A stretch of DNA of 64,000 bases from a virus. The position numbers were made by a program, and so were the translations under genes. Where the stretch lies: IMG/VR virus record IMGVR_UViG_3300011113_000123, positions 1-64,000 of that record. One strand, given 5' to 3'. The number at the start of each line of letters is the position of its first letter. The first letter of the stretch is position 1. Positions 20,315 to 29,753 of this stretch are shown one piece after another. The notes below the pieces were generated by a model that had not been told where the DNA came from, did not search any database, and saw only the letters and a program-made list of their open reading frames with translations.

Positions 20315-21114
20315 AAGCACTAAGTGTAATTGTAGCAAGTTTGTTGTTAGCTTCTTGCGCGACTCAAGAAAATACGAAAGATCGCATCGAAGCGATGTCC
20401 GAACCTGCGGAAATCATTACACGCAAACGTTCCAACGAGCTGATGAACTTACCGCCGCTCGATGGTCCAAAGATTCCGATTGCTGTGTATCGTTTTCCAG
20501 ACATGACAGGACAACGTAAGCCAGCTACGAACTTTGCAAGTTTAAGTTCTGCTGTCACGCAGGGAGCGGAAGTGTTTCTGTTCAAGGCGCTTCATGATGC
20601 AGGAAGAGGGCAGTGGTTCCAAGTCGTAGAACGTTCTGCTCTAGAAAACTTAGTTAAGGAACGACAACTGATTCGCTCGCAGCGTGAGCTGTATGAAAAG
20701 GATCAAGCCAAGCCACTGACGCCACTTATCGTGGCAGGTATCATGCTAGATGGTGGAGTCGTTGGATATGATTCTAATATAGGAACTGGAGGTATTGGCG
20801 CTCGACTACTGGGCGTTGGTGCTACACAAGAATACCGTAAGGATGAAGTCACTGTTGTATTGCGCTTGATTTCCGTAAACACAGGCGAAGTTCTGCTATC
20901 AACTGGCGCATCCAAAACGGTTTTGAGTACGGGAGCAGGGGCTAACGTATTTAAATTCATTGATGTCGGAACTAAATCCGTAGAATTTGAAGCTGGATCG
21001 ACAATCAATGAGCCAACAACTTACGCTGTACGAATCGCAATCGAGGCAGCGGTGGCCGATATGGTAAAAGAGGGAGCTAAGAAAAAGCTCTGGAGCTACA
21101 AGAAAACGAGGTAA
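20308..21114 (+). CDS. csgG: Curli secretion outer-membrane pore CsgG (lipoprotein)
   Basis: Lipobox LLASC; IAVYRFPDMTGQRKP, SSAVTQGA, WFQVVER..LENLVKERQLIR, GGVVGYDSN, GGIGARLLG, NEP. Confidence 0.92.
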   Translation: MVKALSVIVASLLLASCATQENTKDRIEAMSEPAEIITRKRSNELMNLPPLDGPKIPIAVYRFPDMTGQRKPATNFASLSSAVTQGAEVFLFKALHDAGRGQWFQVVERSALENLVKERQLIRSQRELYEKDQAKPLTPLIVAGIMLDGGVVGYDSNIGTGGIGARLLGVGATQEYRKDEVTVVLRLISVNTGEVLLSTGASKTVLSTGAGANVFKFIDVGTKSVEFEAGSTINEPTTYAVRIAIEAAVADMVKEGAKKKLWSYKKTR

Positions 21115-21120
21115 CAACCA

Positions 21121-21798
21121 ATGAGAATTCCGAGTCTGACATTCTTGTCATTCTTGGTCATGGTTGGAAATGCAAACGCTCAACCCAATACTGTGTATGT
21201 GGAGCAAATAGGTTCAGGATCAACGATTAACTTTACACAAACGGGAACAGGTAACGCGATTGGAAATTCAACAGCGAAAGCTGTTGTGAATGGCAACAAC
21301 AATACGATCACTGTAGAACAGATAGGAAATACCAACGTCGCTGCTCTCAATGCAGTCGGCGCTGGTATGAACATATCTTCTATCACTAACGGAAACGGAA
21401 ACTCTGTTTCTATCGACTGTGGATCATCTGGCGATTGTACTGGATCAACGATCTCGAACACAATCACTGGTAACGGTAACTCATTAACCACAAACTCCGA
21501 CAACTTGATTGATTCTACTGTGACTATCAACTCTGATAATAACACGGTAACGATCGACAACACGTCAACAGCGGTGAGCGGTGCTAAGTCTAAGATTGAC
21601 ATTAGCGGTGGTAACGGTAACACAGTCGCGCTCACGCAAGCGGGAGCAGCTGGAACTAACGGACACGACGCTGAGGTTAATATCTCAGGTGCTACCAACA
21701 ATGTTCTAGTAAAGCAAGGTGGAAACAATGATTCCATGGTCAACGCTACAATCATTGGTTCTGGTAACACTCTGTCTATTAAGTCCAACTTACAGTAA
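21121..21798 (+). CDS. Curlin-like (CsgA-type) repeat protein
   Basis: Signal peptide; repeated (E/T)QxGxxN and I-x-G-N-x-N units; N/G/T/S-rich; adjacent to csgG. Confidence 0.75.
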   Translation: MRIPSLTFLSFLVMVGNANAQPNTVYVEQIGSGSTINFTQTGTGNAIGNSTAKAVVNGNNNTITVEQIGNTNVAALNAVGAGMNISSITNGNGNSVSIDCGSSGDCTGSTISNTITGNGNSLTTNSDNLIDSTVTINSDNNTVTIDNTSTAVSGAKSKIDISGGNGNTVALTQAGAAGTNGHDAEVNISGATNNVLVKQGGNNDSMVNATIIGSGNTLSIKSNLQ

Positions 21799-22828
21799 TG
21801 CTTCTGTAGGTACGGTAACAGAACAGACAGGACCGACCGAAATAAAACGTCAGACGAATGTGATTCTCAGCGCCAGGGATACTGGCGTTGAGATGCAAGA
21901 TGTTATTACGACTGCGAACGCGAAAGCGAACATCACATTCAAAGACGACACCAAGGTACAAATCACAGAACATTCTAGGCTTGTTATCGACAACTTCGTC
22001 TACGACGATAGTAAGAAAACTGGTAGGCTCGGAATGAAAATGGCGTTGGGTACTATCAAGTATGCCAGTGGTCAGATAGCGAAAGCTAATCCTCAACAAG
22101 TAACAATCGAAACTCCTACTGCGACCATCGGCGTTCGTGGTACGGACTTTTCTGGGACCGTAGATGAGATTGGGCGTTCGACTATCATTCTCCTTCCTTC
22201 ATGCCCAGTCGGATGGAGAAACATTCAGCGTGATTGTGTGGTAGGATCTATTACGGTTACAACGGATATGGGAACCGTGGTACTCACTCGTGCGTTTGAA
22301 GCGGTGAACGTACAAACGCGAATGGCCCAACCCAAATCGTCGATACTGAATCTTTCGCTGGATCAAATTAATAATCTAATCATCGTAAGTCCGCCAGCCT
22401 CTGTGCGAACAGAAACGGCTGCTGTTCGCACAAGAAACTTACTCGACGATGACCTTTTAGGTAAAGATTTTCTAAAGTACGATGAGCTCGACAAGAATCA
22501 GCTCGACGAGTATCGAAAACTAGATGAAAACTTTTTGGATAAAGACTATCTCTATAACTTTCTAGACGTAGCTGGTACGCAACTATTGACTAACGAGCTC
22601 GCTGAGTTCAATGCAATGTTACCTAAATATGACGCAAGGAGTGGGCTAAAGTATTTCGTAGAAAACGATGCAGTCACATTGTATCGTGAAACTGTGAATG
22701 CGTTCGCCAGCGTTACTGTGCCAATGTATGATAGCATGACTTTGCGATTGAGTCAAGAAGGCTTGGAAATCAAACAAATCGTTAACTCAGCCGGAACAAC
22801 AACGATCACTATTAGACAGAGTAACTAA
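21728..22828 (+). CDS. Secreted FecR-domain protein
   Basis: Signal peptide; DVITT...ITFKDDTKVQITEHSRLVIDNFVYD...IETPTATIGVRGTDF (FecR domain with GT motif). Confidence 0.85.
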   Translation: MIPWSTLQSLVLVTLCLLSPTYSNASVGTVTEQTGPTEIKRQTNVILSARDTGVEMQDVITTANAKANITFKDDTKVQITEHSRLVIDNFVYDDSKKTGRLGMKMALGTIKYASGQIAKANPQQVTIETPTATIGVRGTDFSGTVDEIGRSTIILLPSCPVGWRNIQRDCVVGSITVTTDMGTVVLTRAFEAVNVQTRMAQPKSSILNLSLDQINNLIIVSPPASVRTETAAVRTRNLLDDDLLGKDFLKYDELDKNQLDEYRKLDENFLDKDYLYNFLDVAGTQLLTNELAEFNAMLPKYDARSGLKYFVENDAVTLYRETVNAFASVTVPMYDSMTLRLSQEGLEIKQIVNSAGTTTITIRQSN

Positions 22829-22830
22829 TC

Positions 22831-23094
22831 ATGAAATCATTACTAGCTCTGCTTTTCTTAACGATTTCTGCTAATGCGCAGCAGATCAATAACGCAACAG
22901 TGAATGTAATCGGAAACAATCAGAATGTTATTATTAATCAATCTGGCGTTGGTCACAACGCTAATCTTAATCTTTATGGCAATGACATACCTGTTAGTGT
23001 TACTCAGTCAGGCTCTACTCCGCAGTCTTTTAATCTTAGCATTACCTGCTATAGCAATTGTTCTAACGCTCCAACTGTGGTTAATCAATACTGA
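22831..23094 (+). CDS. Small curlin-like (CsgB-type) protein
   Basis: Signal peptide; VIGNNQ, INQSGVGHN, VTQSG repeats. Confidence 0.65.
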   Translation: MKSLLALLFLTISANAQQINNATVNVIGNNQNVIINQSGVGHNANLNLYGNDIPVSVTQSGSTPQSFNLSITCYSNCSNAPTVVNQY

Positions 23095-23096
23095 CA

Positions 23097-25160
23097 ATGG
23101 AAAAAATTGGTCAATACCTAACAAGCACATGGTCAGCTGTTATCTCAGCGATAATCCTGCTGGGCGTATATGTGTGGAATCCCAGCGCCGTTGAGATACT
23201 AAGGCTGAAGACGTTCGACTATCTCATATCGACGTTACAGCCTAAAGAGTCAGAAGAAATCATCATCGTCGAGTTTGGTGAAAAGTCCGTAGAGCGATTT
23301 GGTCAGTGGCCATTCGATAGACGCGATATCGCTAAAACTGTTCAAGCCCTTCGTGAGAACGATGCTGGCGTTATTGTTGTTCCCATCCTTATGTCCGAGA
23401 AGGACAGAGCTGGTGGTGACGCAAAGTTAATTGAAACGATCAAAGATAATGGAGTAGTCCTTGCTCAAACCCCTACTAATCAAAACACTAAGCCTGATGC
23501 AGTACGCCGCGGAGTCGCTGCTATCGGTCCTACTGATCCTCGCAGCTATACTTTTCGCTGGAACGGTGGATTACGCCCTCTGGATGAGTTGGCAGGGTCT
23601 GCTCAAGGGGTCGGGGTTCTCGCTTCTGTCCCCGAAGTCGATGGTGTTGTTCGTCGTCTCCCTCTACTTGTTACTATTGCAGGCAATCTGTATCCATCTC
23701 TACCTATTGAAGCGATTAGAGTTTGGTCCGATGATAAAAGCTATCAAGTCAAAACTAGCGAAGCGGGAATAGAGTTCGTACGCATTCCAGCAGTTCCACC
23801 TATCGCTACAGACGAGCGCGGTAGAGTATGGCTATCATGGAATAACAAGTTTACTAGAATCGACGCAACAGAAATAGATCAGAGAGTTCAAGGAAAGCTA
23901 GTCATCCTTGGCGTCTCGATTGAAGGTGTCGGCGGGATTATCGGCACCCCAGCGGGCGAAAAGTGGAGTCATGAAGTTCAAGCATCTGCGTTGCAAACTT
24001 TGATAGATGGATCGTCGATAACACGAGTGTCTTTTGCGACGATAGTCGAGCTGCTCGTTCTATCTGGTATGCTAGGATTATTGCTTGTTCTTGTGCCAAG
24101 AACGTCTGTTTTATGGACTGCGCCATTATATCTAGCATTTATTGGGATCTCCGCATATGGTTCGTACTACATGTTCAAAGAACATATGCAGCTCTGGGAT
24201 GCCAGTTATTTATTGTTAGCAGGCACAGCGAGCTTTGGTCACTTAGTATATAACAACTTCGCTCGCGAGAACAGACTGAAACTACAAATCAAAAAGCAGT
24301 TCGGAACGTATCTGTCACCAGCGATGGTCGAAAAGCTGCAACAGAATCCTGACCTACTCAAGTTAGGTGGAGAGACTCGCGAGCTTTCAATTATGTTCAC
24401 TGACGTTCGCGGCTTCACTGCTATCAGCGAGCATTACGGAAGCGACGTTCAGGGATTGACGCGCATCATGAATCGTTATATGACAGCGATGACTCAAAAG
24501 ATCCTTGAGAATAACGGAACGTTGGATAAGTACATTGGCGATGCGCAGATGGCATTTTGGAACGCACCCCTAGACGATCGCGATCACGCTAAGAACGCAG
24601 TCAAAACTGCATTGGAGATGTTAGATGACTTGGATAGATTCAATAATGAGATCTCTGTGGAAGGAGTTCCCCCGTTTGGTATGGGTCTCGGTATTAACTC
24701 TGGTTCTGTGGTCGTTGGTAACATGGGCAGCTCTCAGCGTTTTGATTATACATGCCTTGGTGACTCTGTAAATCTAGCTTCACGTCTCGAAGGTCAGTCT
24801 AAGCCCTATCACGTCAAGATGATCATTGGCGAACGTACCGCTGAGCTTCTGAACGGCGACTATCCGCTCGCAGAGCTAGATTGCATCGCGGTCAAAGGTA
24901 AAACTAAAGGCGTCAAGATATACACGATCGTTCCAGGAACAGGCATACAGCGCGAGCATCTCAAGAATCACAACAAGTTCATAAAGGCTTATCGATATCA
25001 GGACTGGGAGAACGCTCTATTCTATTTGAAGATTCTTAGAGGCGCGTTCAACAAAGAACTCGACGAGTACTATGCTATGATGGAGGAGCGTATCGCAGAA
25101 CTACGCGTCGCTGATTTGCCTAAAGATTGGGATGGCGTATACAGGGCTACATCGAAATGA
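23097..25160 (+). CDS. CHASE2-domain membrane class III adenylate cyclase
   Basis: CHASE2 (GQWPFDR, DGVVRRLPL), TM helices, cyclase motifs MFTDVRGFT, DKYIGDA, GINSG.VVVGNMGS, DYTCLGDSVNLASRLEG. Confidence 0.93.
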   Translation: MEKIGQYLTSTWSAVISAIILLGVYVWNPSAVEILRLKTFDYLISTLQPKESEEIIIVEFGEKSVERFGQWPFDRRDIAKTVQALRENDAGVIVVPILMSEKDRAGGDAKLIETIKDNGVVLAQTPTNQNTKPDAVRRGVAAIGPTDPRSYTFRWNGGLRPLDELAGSAQGVGVLASVPEVDGVVRRLPLLVTIAGNLYPSLPIEAIRVWSDDKSYQVKTSEAGIEFVRIPAVPPIATDERGRVWLSWNNKFTRIDATEIDQRVQGKLVILGVSIEGVGGIIGTPAGEKWSHEVQASALQTLIDGSSITRVSFATIVELLVLSGMLGLLLVLVPRTSVLWTAPLYLAFIGISAYGSYYMFKEHMQLWDASYLLLAGTASFGHLVYNNFARENRLKLQIKKQFGTYLSPAMVEKLQQNPDLLKLGGETRELSIMFTDVRGFTAISEHYGSDVQGLTRIMNRYMTAMTQKILENNGTLDKYIGDAQMAFWNAPLDDRDHAKNAVKTALEMLDDLDRFNNEISVEGVPPFGMGLGINSGSVVVGNMGSSQRFDYTCLGDSVNLASRLEGQSKPYHVKMIIGERTAELLNGDYPLAELDCIAVKGKTKGVKIYTIVPGTGIQREHLKNHNKFIKAYRYQDWENALFYLKILRGAFNKELDEYYAMMEERIAELRVADLPKDWDGVYRATSK

Positions 25161-25168
25161 TATAAATA
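25161..25168 (+). promoter_or_regulatory. Late promoter TATAAATA upstream of gp13
   Basis: Exact consensus immediately after cyclase stop. Confidence 0.85.
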
Positions 25169-25194
25169 GGGGAGCACAACTATGGAGCTCCCTG

Positions 25195-25938
25195 ATGGCA
25201 ACAATATCATCAAGACAAGCATTTAAGGACTATGTTCTGCGCCGTCTTGGCTATCCAGTAATCGACATTAACGTAGACGACGAGCAGGTAGAAGATCGTA
25301 TCGACGATGCCCTGCTCAAGTTCCGCGACTATCACTACGACGGATCAGAGCACGTTTACCTGCCGTATCAGGTTACAGCTCAAGATAGAGTTAACAAGTA
25401 CATCACGCTACCTGAAGAAATCATTGGCGTGACTCGTATTTTTGATATCAACGATTCATACAATGCGATGAATCTGTTCAATATCCGTTATCAGCTTCAC
25501 CTTAACGAACTGTTTAACATTTCCAGCGTATCGGTTACACCATACGTTGTTGCGATGCGTCACATCGAGTTTCTCGAGGAAGTGTTCGTAGGTAAGAAAC
25601 CTATCCGTTTCAATCGTCACATCGACAGGCTCTATATCGACATGAAATGGGACGAAGACGTACAGGTTGGTCAGTTCATTATCATCGACTGTTATCGCGG
25701 CGTTGATCCAGAAGTTTACACTGACGTCTGGAATGATAGGTGGCTGAAGCAATATGCGACTGCGCTTGTTAAACGTCAGTGGGGTGAGAACCTTAAGAAG
25801 TTCGAGGGTATGAATCTTCCAGGCGGCATCACGTTCAATGGTCAAAAGATCTGGGAAGAAGCGACTGCAGAAATCGAAAAGATGGATTCAGAAGTTATCA
25901 ACAACTACTCGCTACCAGTCACTGATATGATCGGATAA
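25195..25938 (+). CDS. gp13: Neck protein gp13
   Basis: LRRLGYPVIDINVDDEQVEDRIDDAL..F.DYHYDG; WLKQYATALVKRQWGENL.KF; synteny. Confidence 0.93.
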   Translation: MATISSRQAFKDYVLRRLGYPVIDINVDDEQVEDRIDDALLKFRDYHYDGSEHVYLPYQVTAQDRVNKYITLPEEIIGVTRIFDINDSYNAMNLFNIRYQLHLNELFNISSVSVTPYVVAMRHIEFLEEVFVGKKPIRFNRHIDRLYIDMKWDEDVQVGQFIIIDCYRGVDPEVYTDVWNDRWLKQYATALVKRQWGENLKKFEGMNLPGGITFNGQKIWEEATAEIEKMDSEVINNYSLPVTDMIG

Positions 25939-25940
25939 CG

Positions 25941-26777
25941 ATGACAACGAACAAATACTTCCGTCCCTTCACGTATGCGCGCGAGCAAGACGTAGCTGAA
26001 GACTTGATCATCGAGTCAATTAAGATTCATGGCATTGACGTGAAGTATTTGCCAAGAACGCTGGGTGACGTAGATGCGCTTCTAGGCGAAGCTCCTAACT
26101 CGTCGTTCAGCAATGCTGTCGATATTGAAATGTATATTAAGAACACACAGCAGTTCGAAGGTGAAGGTGATTTCCTTTCCAAGTTCAATCTGGAAATCCG
26201 CGATCAAATCACTTTCGTTATGGCTCGTAAACGCTGGGAACAAGTATCCAACGAAAAGGTTCTGACTGAAGTTGGTTACAACATTCAGATGGAAGACGCT
26301 GATACAGGGCGTTGGGCTAACTCAGTCGCGCTCCGTCTAGAAGCTGGATCAGCTAACGGCTATGTTCTTACATCACCGCGCCCGTTCGAAGGCGACTTTA
26401 TCTATTTTCCGCTGAACAAGAAGCTGTATGAAATTAAGTTTGTCGAGCACGAAAACATCTTCTATCAGCACGGCAAGCTCTACACATATGAGCTGACCTG
26501 CGAACTCGTAGATCGTATTGGCGACCTGCAGCTCAATACAGGCAACACAGAAATCGATGCTATCGAAGATCGTTACAGCATGGATATTCTGAACTATCAG
26601 ATCACTCTCGAAAGCGCAGACGGATCTGTTCTAAACGAAGATGGTGAGTCGATTCTGTGGGAATACAGAGTCGAGACACAATCAGTTACAGCCAACAACG
26701 AATACTTCACGCAGCAGTCGTTCGATTATATCGACTTCAGCGAACGTAACCCATTCTCTGAAGTGGATCGCTACTAA
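25941..26777 (+). CDS. gp14: Neck/head-closure protein gp14
   Basis: ESIKIHGIDVKYLPR, SKFNLEIRD, P.EGDFIYFP...EIKFVEHE, DFSERNPF. Confidence 0.92.
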   Translation: MTTNKYFRPFTYAREQDVAEDLIIESIKIHGIDVKYLPRTLGDVDALLGEAPNSSFSNAVDIEMYIKNTQQFEGEGDFLSKFNLEIRDQITFVMARKRWEQVSNEKVLTEVGYNIQMEDADTGRWANSVALRLEAGSANGYVLTSPRPFEGDFIYFPLNKKLYEIKFVEHENIFYQHGKLYTYELTCELVDRIGDLQLNTGNTEIDAIEDRYSMDILNYQITLESADGSVLNEDGESILWEYRVETQSVTANNEYFTQQSFDYIDFSERNPFSEVDRY

Positions 26778-27652
26778 TGTTTGGATCACAGTTTTATCAC
26801 AACACACTTCGAAGATACGTTATCATGTTTGGCAACATGTTCAACGATATCGTCGTTCGTCGCTATGACTCTACTGGTAAGAATACGAAAGCGATTGCTG
26901 TTCCTTTGTCATACAGCCCAAAGGAAAAGTTCCTCGTTCGTATTACACAGGATCCTAACCTAGATCAACAGGTAGCTATTCAGCTTCCTAGACTAGGGTT
27001 TGAGATTACCGCTATCAACTACGACTCGACGCGCAGACTGAATGCACACAATCGCAACGTTAAAATCGTCAGCGATAAGAACAAGTTAGACTATAACTAC
27101 GCGCCAGTTCCGTATGATATCAACTTCAATCTGTATTCGTATGTTCGTAACGCCGATGACTCAGCGCAGATCATGGAACAGATTGTGCCATATTTTGGCC
27201 CTGAGTGGACAAACAGCGTTCGTATCATTCCGCAAACTGACGTGACGCTAGACATTCCAACAGTGCTAAACAACGTCACGATTGAGGACACATACGAAGG
27301 TGATTTCAATACTCGTCGTGCATTGATCTATACGTTTGACTTCACAGTCAAAGGTTACTTCTACGGACCAGTGCGTCGCCAGGGAGTTATCAAACGCTCT
27401 CAAATCGACTTTGGTATCGTATCTGGAAACGCTGGCAACAAGATCACGCTGGAAGACGTATCCAACACTGGACGCAGTTCTCGTATTGTTGTTCGTCCTG
27501 GTCTACTGGCTAATGGCAGCCCAACAACTAACAGCGCAGCATCGATTCCTTATACACAGATTGACGCAGACGACGATTACGGTTTCTGCTCAAACACATT
27601 TTTCTATTTGGACGGATTGAAGTATAATCCATCAACGGGGCAAGATCAATGA
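26777..27652 (+). CDS. gp15: Tail sheath stabilizer gp15
   Basis: FYHNTLRRYVIMFGNMFNDI, VPLSYSPKEKF, QIMEQIVPYF; synteny. Confidence 0.92.
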   Translation: MFGSQFYHNTLRRYVIMFGNMFNDIVVRRYDSTGKNTKAIAVPLSYSPKEKFLVRITQDPNLDQQVAIQLPRLGFEITAINYDSTRRLNAHNRNVKIVSDKNKLDYNYAPVPYDINFNLYSYVRNADDSAQIMEQIVPYFGPEWTNSVRIIPQTDVTLDIPTVLNNVTIEDTYEGDFNTRRALIYTFDFTVKGYFYGPVRRQGVIKRSQIDFGIVSGNAGNKITLEDVSNTGRSSRIVVRPGLLANGSPTTNSAASIPYTQIDADDDYGFCSNTFFYLDGLKYNPSTGQDQ

Positions 27653-28062
27653 GCGAAAAAACGAACTTTGAAATGAGCGTTGAGCAAGCTCTAGGATTAC
27701 CCGACTCTCCACCGATGGCTCAAGCTGTTGCACCTATCGAGGTGAACCAAAATGCTGACATCGATGACGACTTTGCTACGGCGCGCAATAACTTGCATCA
27801 AATCATTCATAAGGGTAATGATGCACTGGAAGAAGCGCTCATCGTCGCAAAAACATCAGAGCATCCTAGAGCATTCGAAGTCGTGGGACAGCTTATCAAG
27901 ACGCTCGTTGACGCTAATAAGGATCTACTTGACATCCAGAAAAAGCTGAAGGATCTTAAGAAGACTGAGGATGAGAAAGCTCCTCAGTCGGTACAAGCAC
28001 AGAATGCAATCTTTGTAGGTAGCGCCGCTGAGCTTCAGCAGCTGATTAATGGTAGGAAATGA
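27649..28062 (+). CDS. gp16: Terminase small subunit gp16
   Basis: DDDFATARNNL, SEHPRAFEV, IFVGSAAELQ. Confidence 0.92.
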   Translation: MSEKTNFEMSVEQALGLPDSPPMAQAVAPIEVNQNADIDDDFATARNNLHQIIHKGNDALEEALIVAKTSEHPRAFEVVGQLIKTLVDANKDLLDIQKKLKDLKKTEDEKAPQSVQAQNAIFVGSAAELQQLINGRK

Positions 28063-29672
28063 TGGGCGTTAAAACGTATCTTGGTAACCCTAATCTAAAA
28101 GCTGCTGGAGTTGTACACCAATACACGAAGGAAGAAGTGGAAGAGTACATCAAGTGCTCTAAGGACATAGAATACTTCGCGCGCAAGTACATCAAGATCG
28201 TCAACGTTGACCGCGGTCTCATTCCATTTGAGATGTGGGATTTCCAGGCGGAAATGTTGCATACGTTTGCCAACAATCGCTTTTCTATATGCAAGCTCCC
28301 TCGTCAGGTTGGTAAGTCAACTACTTCTATCGCATACATCCTGCATCTAGTTTTGTTCACTGACATGCAGAACGTTGCTATCCTCGCGAACAAGGGCGCG
28401 CTCGCGCGAGATTTGTTAGCCAAGTTGCAGCTCGCGTACGAGTATCTTCCCAAGTTCCTTCAACAGGGTGTTGTTACGTGGAACAAGGGTAACATTGAAC
28501 TTGAGAACGGCTCTAAGATCGTAGCGGCCGCGACTTCTTCTAGCGCCATCCGCGGTGGATCGTACAATCTGATTTTCCTTGACGAGTTCGCGTTCGTTCA
28601 ACGTAACCTAGCTGACCAGTTCTTTGCTTCTACGTATCCTACGATTTCTTCTGGTAAGACGACCAAGATCATTATCGTATCTACGCCGAACGGCATGAAT
28701 CACTTCTTCAAGATGTGGGTTGATGCCACTGAGGGTCGTAGTGAGTATAAGCCAATCGAGATCCACTGGTCAGACGTTCCTGGTCGCGACGAGGAGTGGA
28801 AGAAGCAAACCATCGCGAACACCAGCGAAGAGCAGTTCCGCCAAGAGTTCGAGTGTGAGTTCATTGGTTCGTCCCATACGCTGATCCATCCGATGAAACT
28901 ACGTGAGCTGACTTGGAATCAGCCGTCTAAGGATAGATTTGGTTTGGACATATATGAAGCACCAGATCCTCGAAAGTTATACATAGCCGTATTTGACGTT
29001 TCGGAAGGTGTAGGCGGAGACTACTCTGCTCTATCCATATTCGATGTGACGCAGTATCCGTATAAACAAGTGGCTAAGTATCGAAGCAAAGAAATATCAC
29101 CACTCATGTTCCCAGACGTGATCTGTCGTTTTGGTAAAATGTATAACAATGCATGGGTCTTAGGCGAAACTAACAACATCGGTCAACAGGTCGTGCAATC
29201 GTTGTTTATGGACCTTGAGTACGAAAACGTGGTAGCGACGTTCACTAAGAACAAGAACATCAAAGTAGGTGGCGGTTTTAGTACTCGTTCTGCGTTCGGT
29301 GTTCGTACCACGAAAGCGGTCAAGAAGATTGGTTGTTCGAATCTGAAAACTATCGTAGAGAGCAACAAACTTCTCATAACCGATTTTGACACGATTGAAG
29401 AGTTGACGACTTTCGTAGAAACTAAAGATACGTATAAAGCTGAAGAAGGGTGTCACGACGATCTAGCTATGACTCTGGTGTTGTTTGGTTGGCTTATTAC
29501 ACAGCCGTATTTCAAAGATTTGACCAACAGCGATATCCGCAGAAGTCTAGCTCAAGAAACTATGAAAGAAGTTCACGACGACCTACTCCCAGTAGGTTTC
29601 ATTGATGATGGAGGTGTTTCACAATCTATGGAAGACCCATTTGGTGGCGATAACGACTTCAGACTATCATAA
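28059..29672 (+). CDS. gp17: Terminase large subunit gp17
   Basis: YLGNPNLK, PRQVGKST, LIFLDEFAF, STPNG, DVSEGVGGDYS, HDDLAM. Confidence 0.96.
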   Translation: MMGVKTYLGNPNLKAAGVVHQYTKEEVEEYIKCSKDIEYFARKYIKIVNVDRGLIPFEMWDFQAEMLHTFANNRFSICKLPRQVGKSTTSIAYILHLVLFTDMQNVAILANKGALARDLLAKLQLAYEYLPKFLQQGVVTWNKGNIELENGSKIVAAATSSSAIRGGSYNLIFLDEFAFVQRNLADQFFASTYPTISSGKTTKIIIVSTPNGMNHFFKMWVDATEGRSEYKPIEIHWSDVPGRDEEWKKQTIANTSEEQFRQEFECEFIGSSHTLIHPMKLRELTWNQPSKDRFGLDIYEAPDPRKLYIAVFDVSEGVGGDYSALSIFDVTQYPYKQVAKYRSKEISPLMFPDVICRFGKMYNNAWVLGETNNIGQQVVQSLFMDLEYENVVATFTKNKNIKVGGGFSTRSAFGVRTTKAVKKIGCSNLKTIVESNKLLITDFDTIEELTTFVETKDTYKAEEGCHDDLAMTLVLFGWLITQPYFKDLTNSDIRRSLAQETMKEVHDDLLPVGFIDDGGVSQSMEDPFGGDNDFRLS

Positions 29673-29683
29673 AGCCTTCTTTT

Positions 29684-29691
29684 TATAAATA
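29684..29691 (+). promoter_or_regulatory. Late promoter TATAAATA upstream of gp18
   Basis: Exact consensus, intergenic. Confidence 0.85.
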
Positions 29692-29753
29692 AAACGAGTA
29701 GGATTTAGGCGCGAAGAATCTATACCTTCGTTTTTACAAAGGAGATAAGTCCG

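Noticed and set aside
19871-25160. Host contamination or chimeric assembly of the curli/cyclase block
   Set aside because: Block is bounded by phage late-promoter motifs, abuts the gp13 promoter, and looks similar in composition to flanking genes; read mapping would settle it
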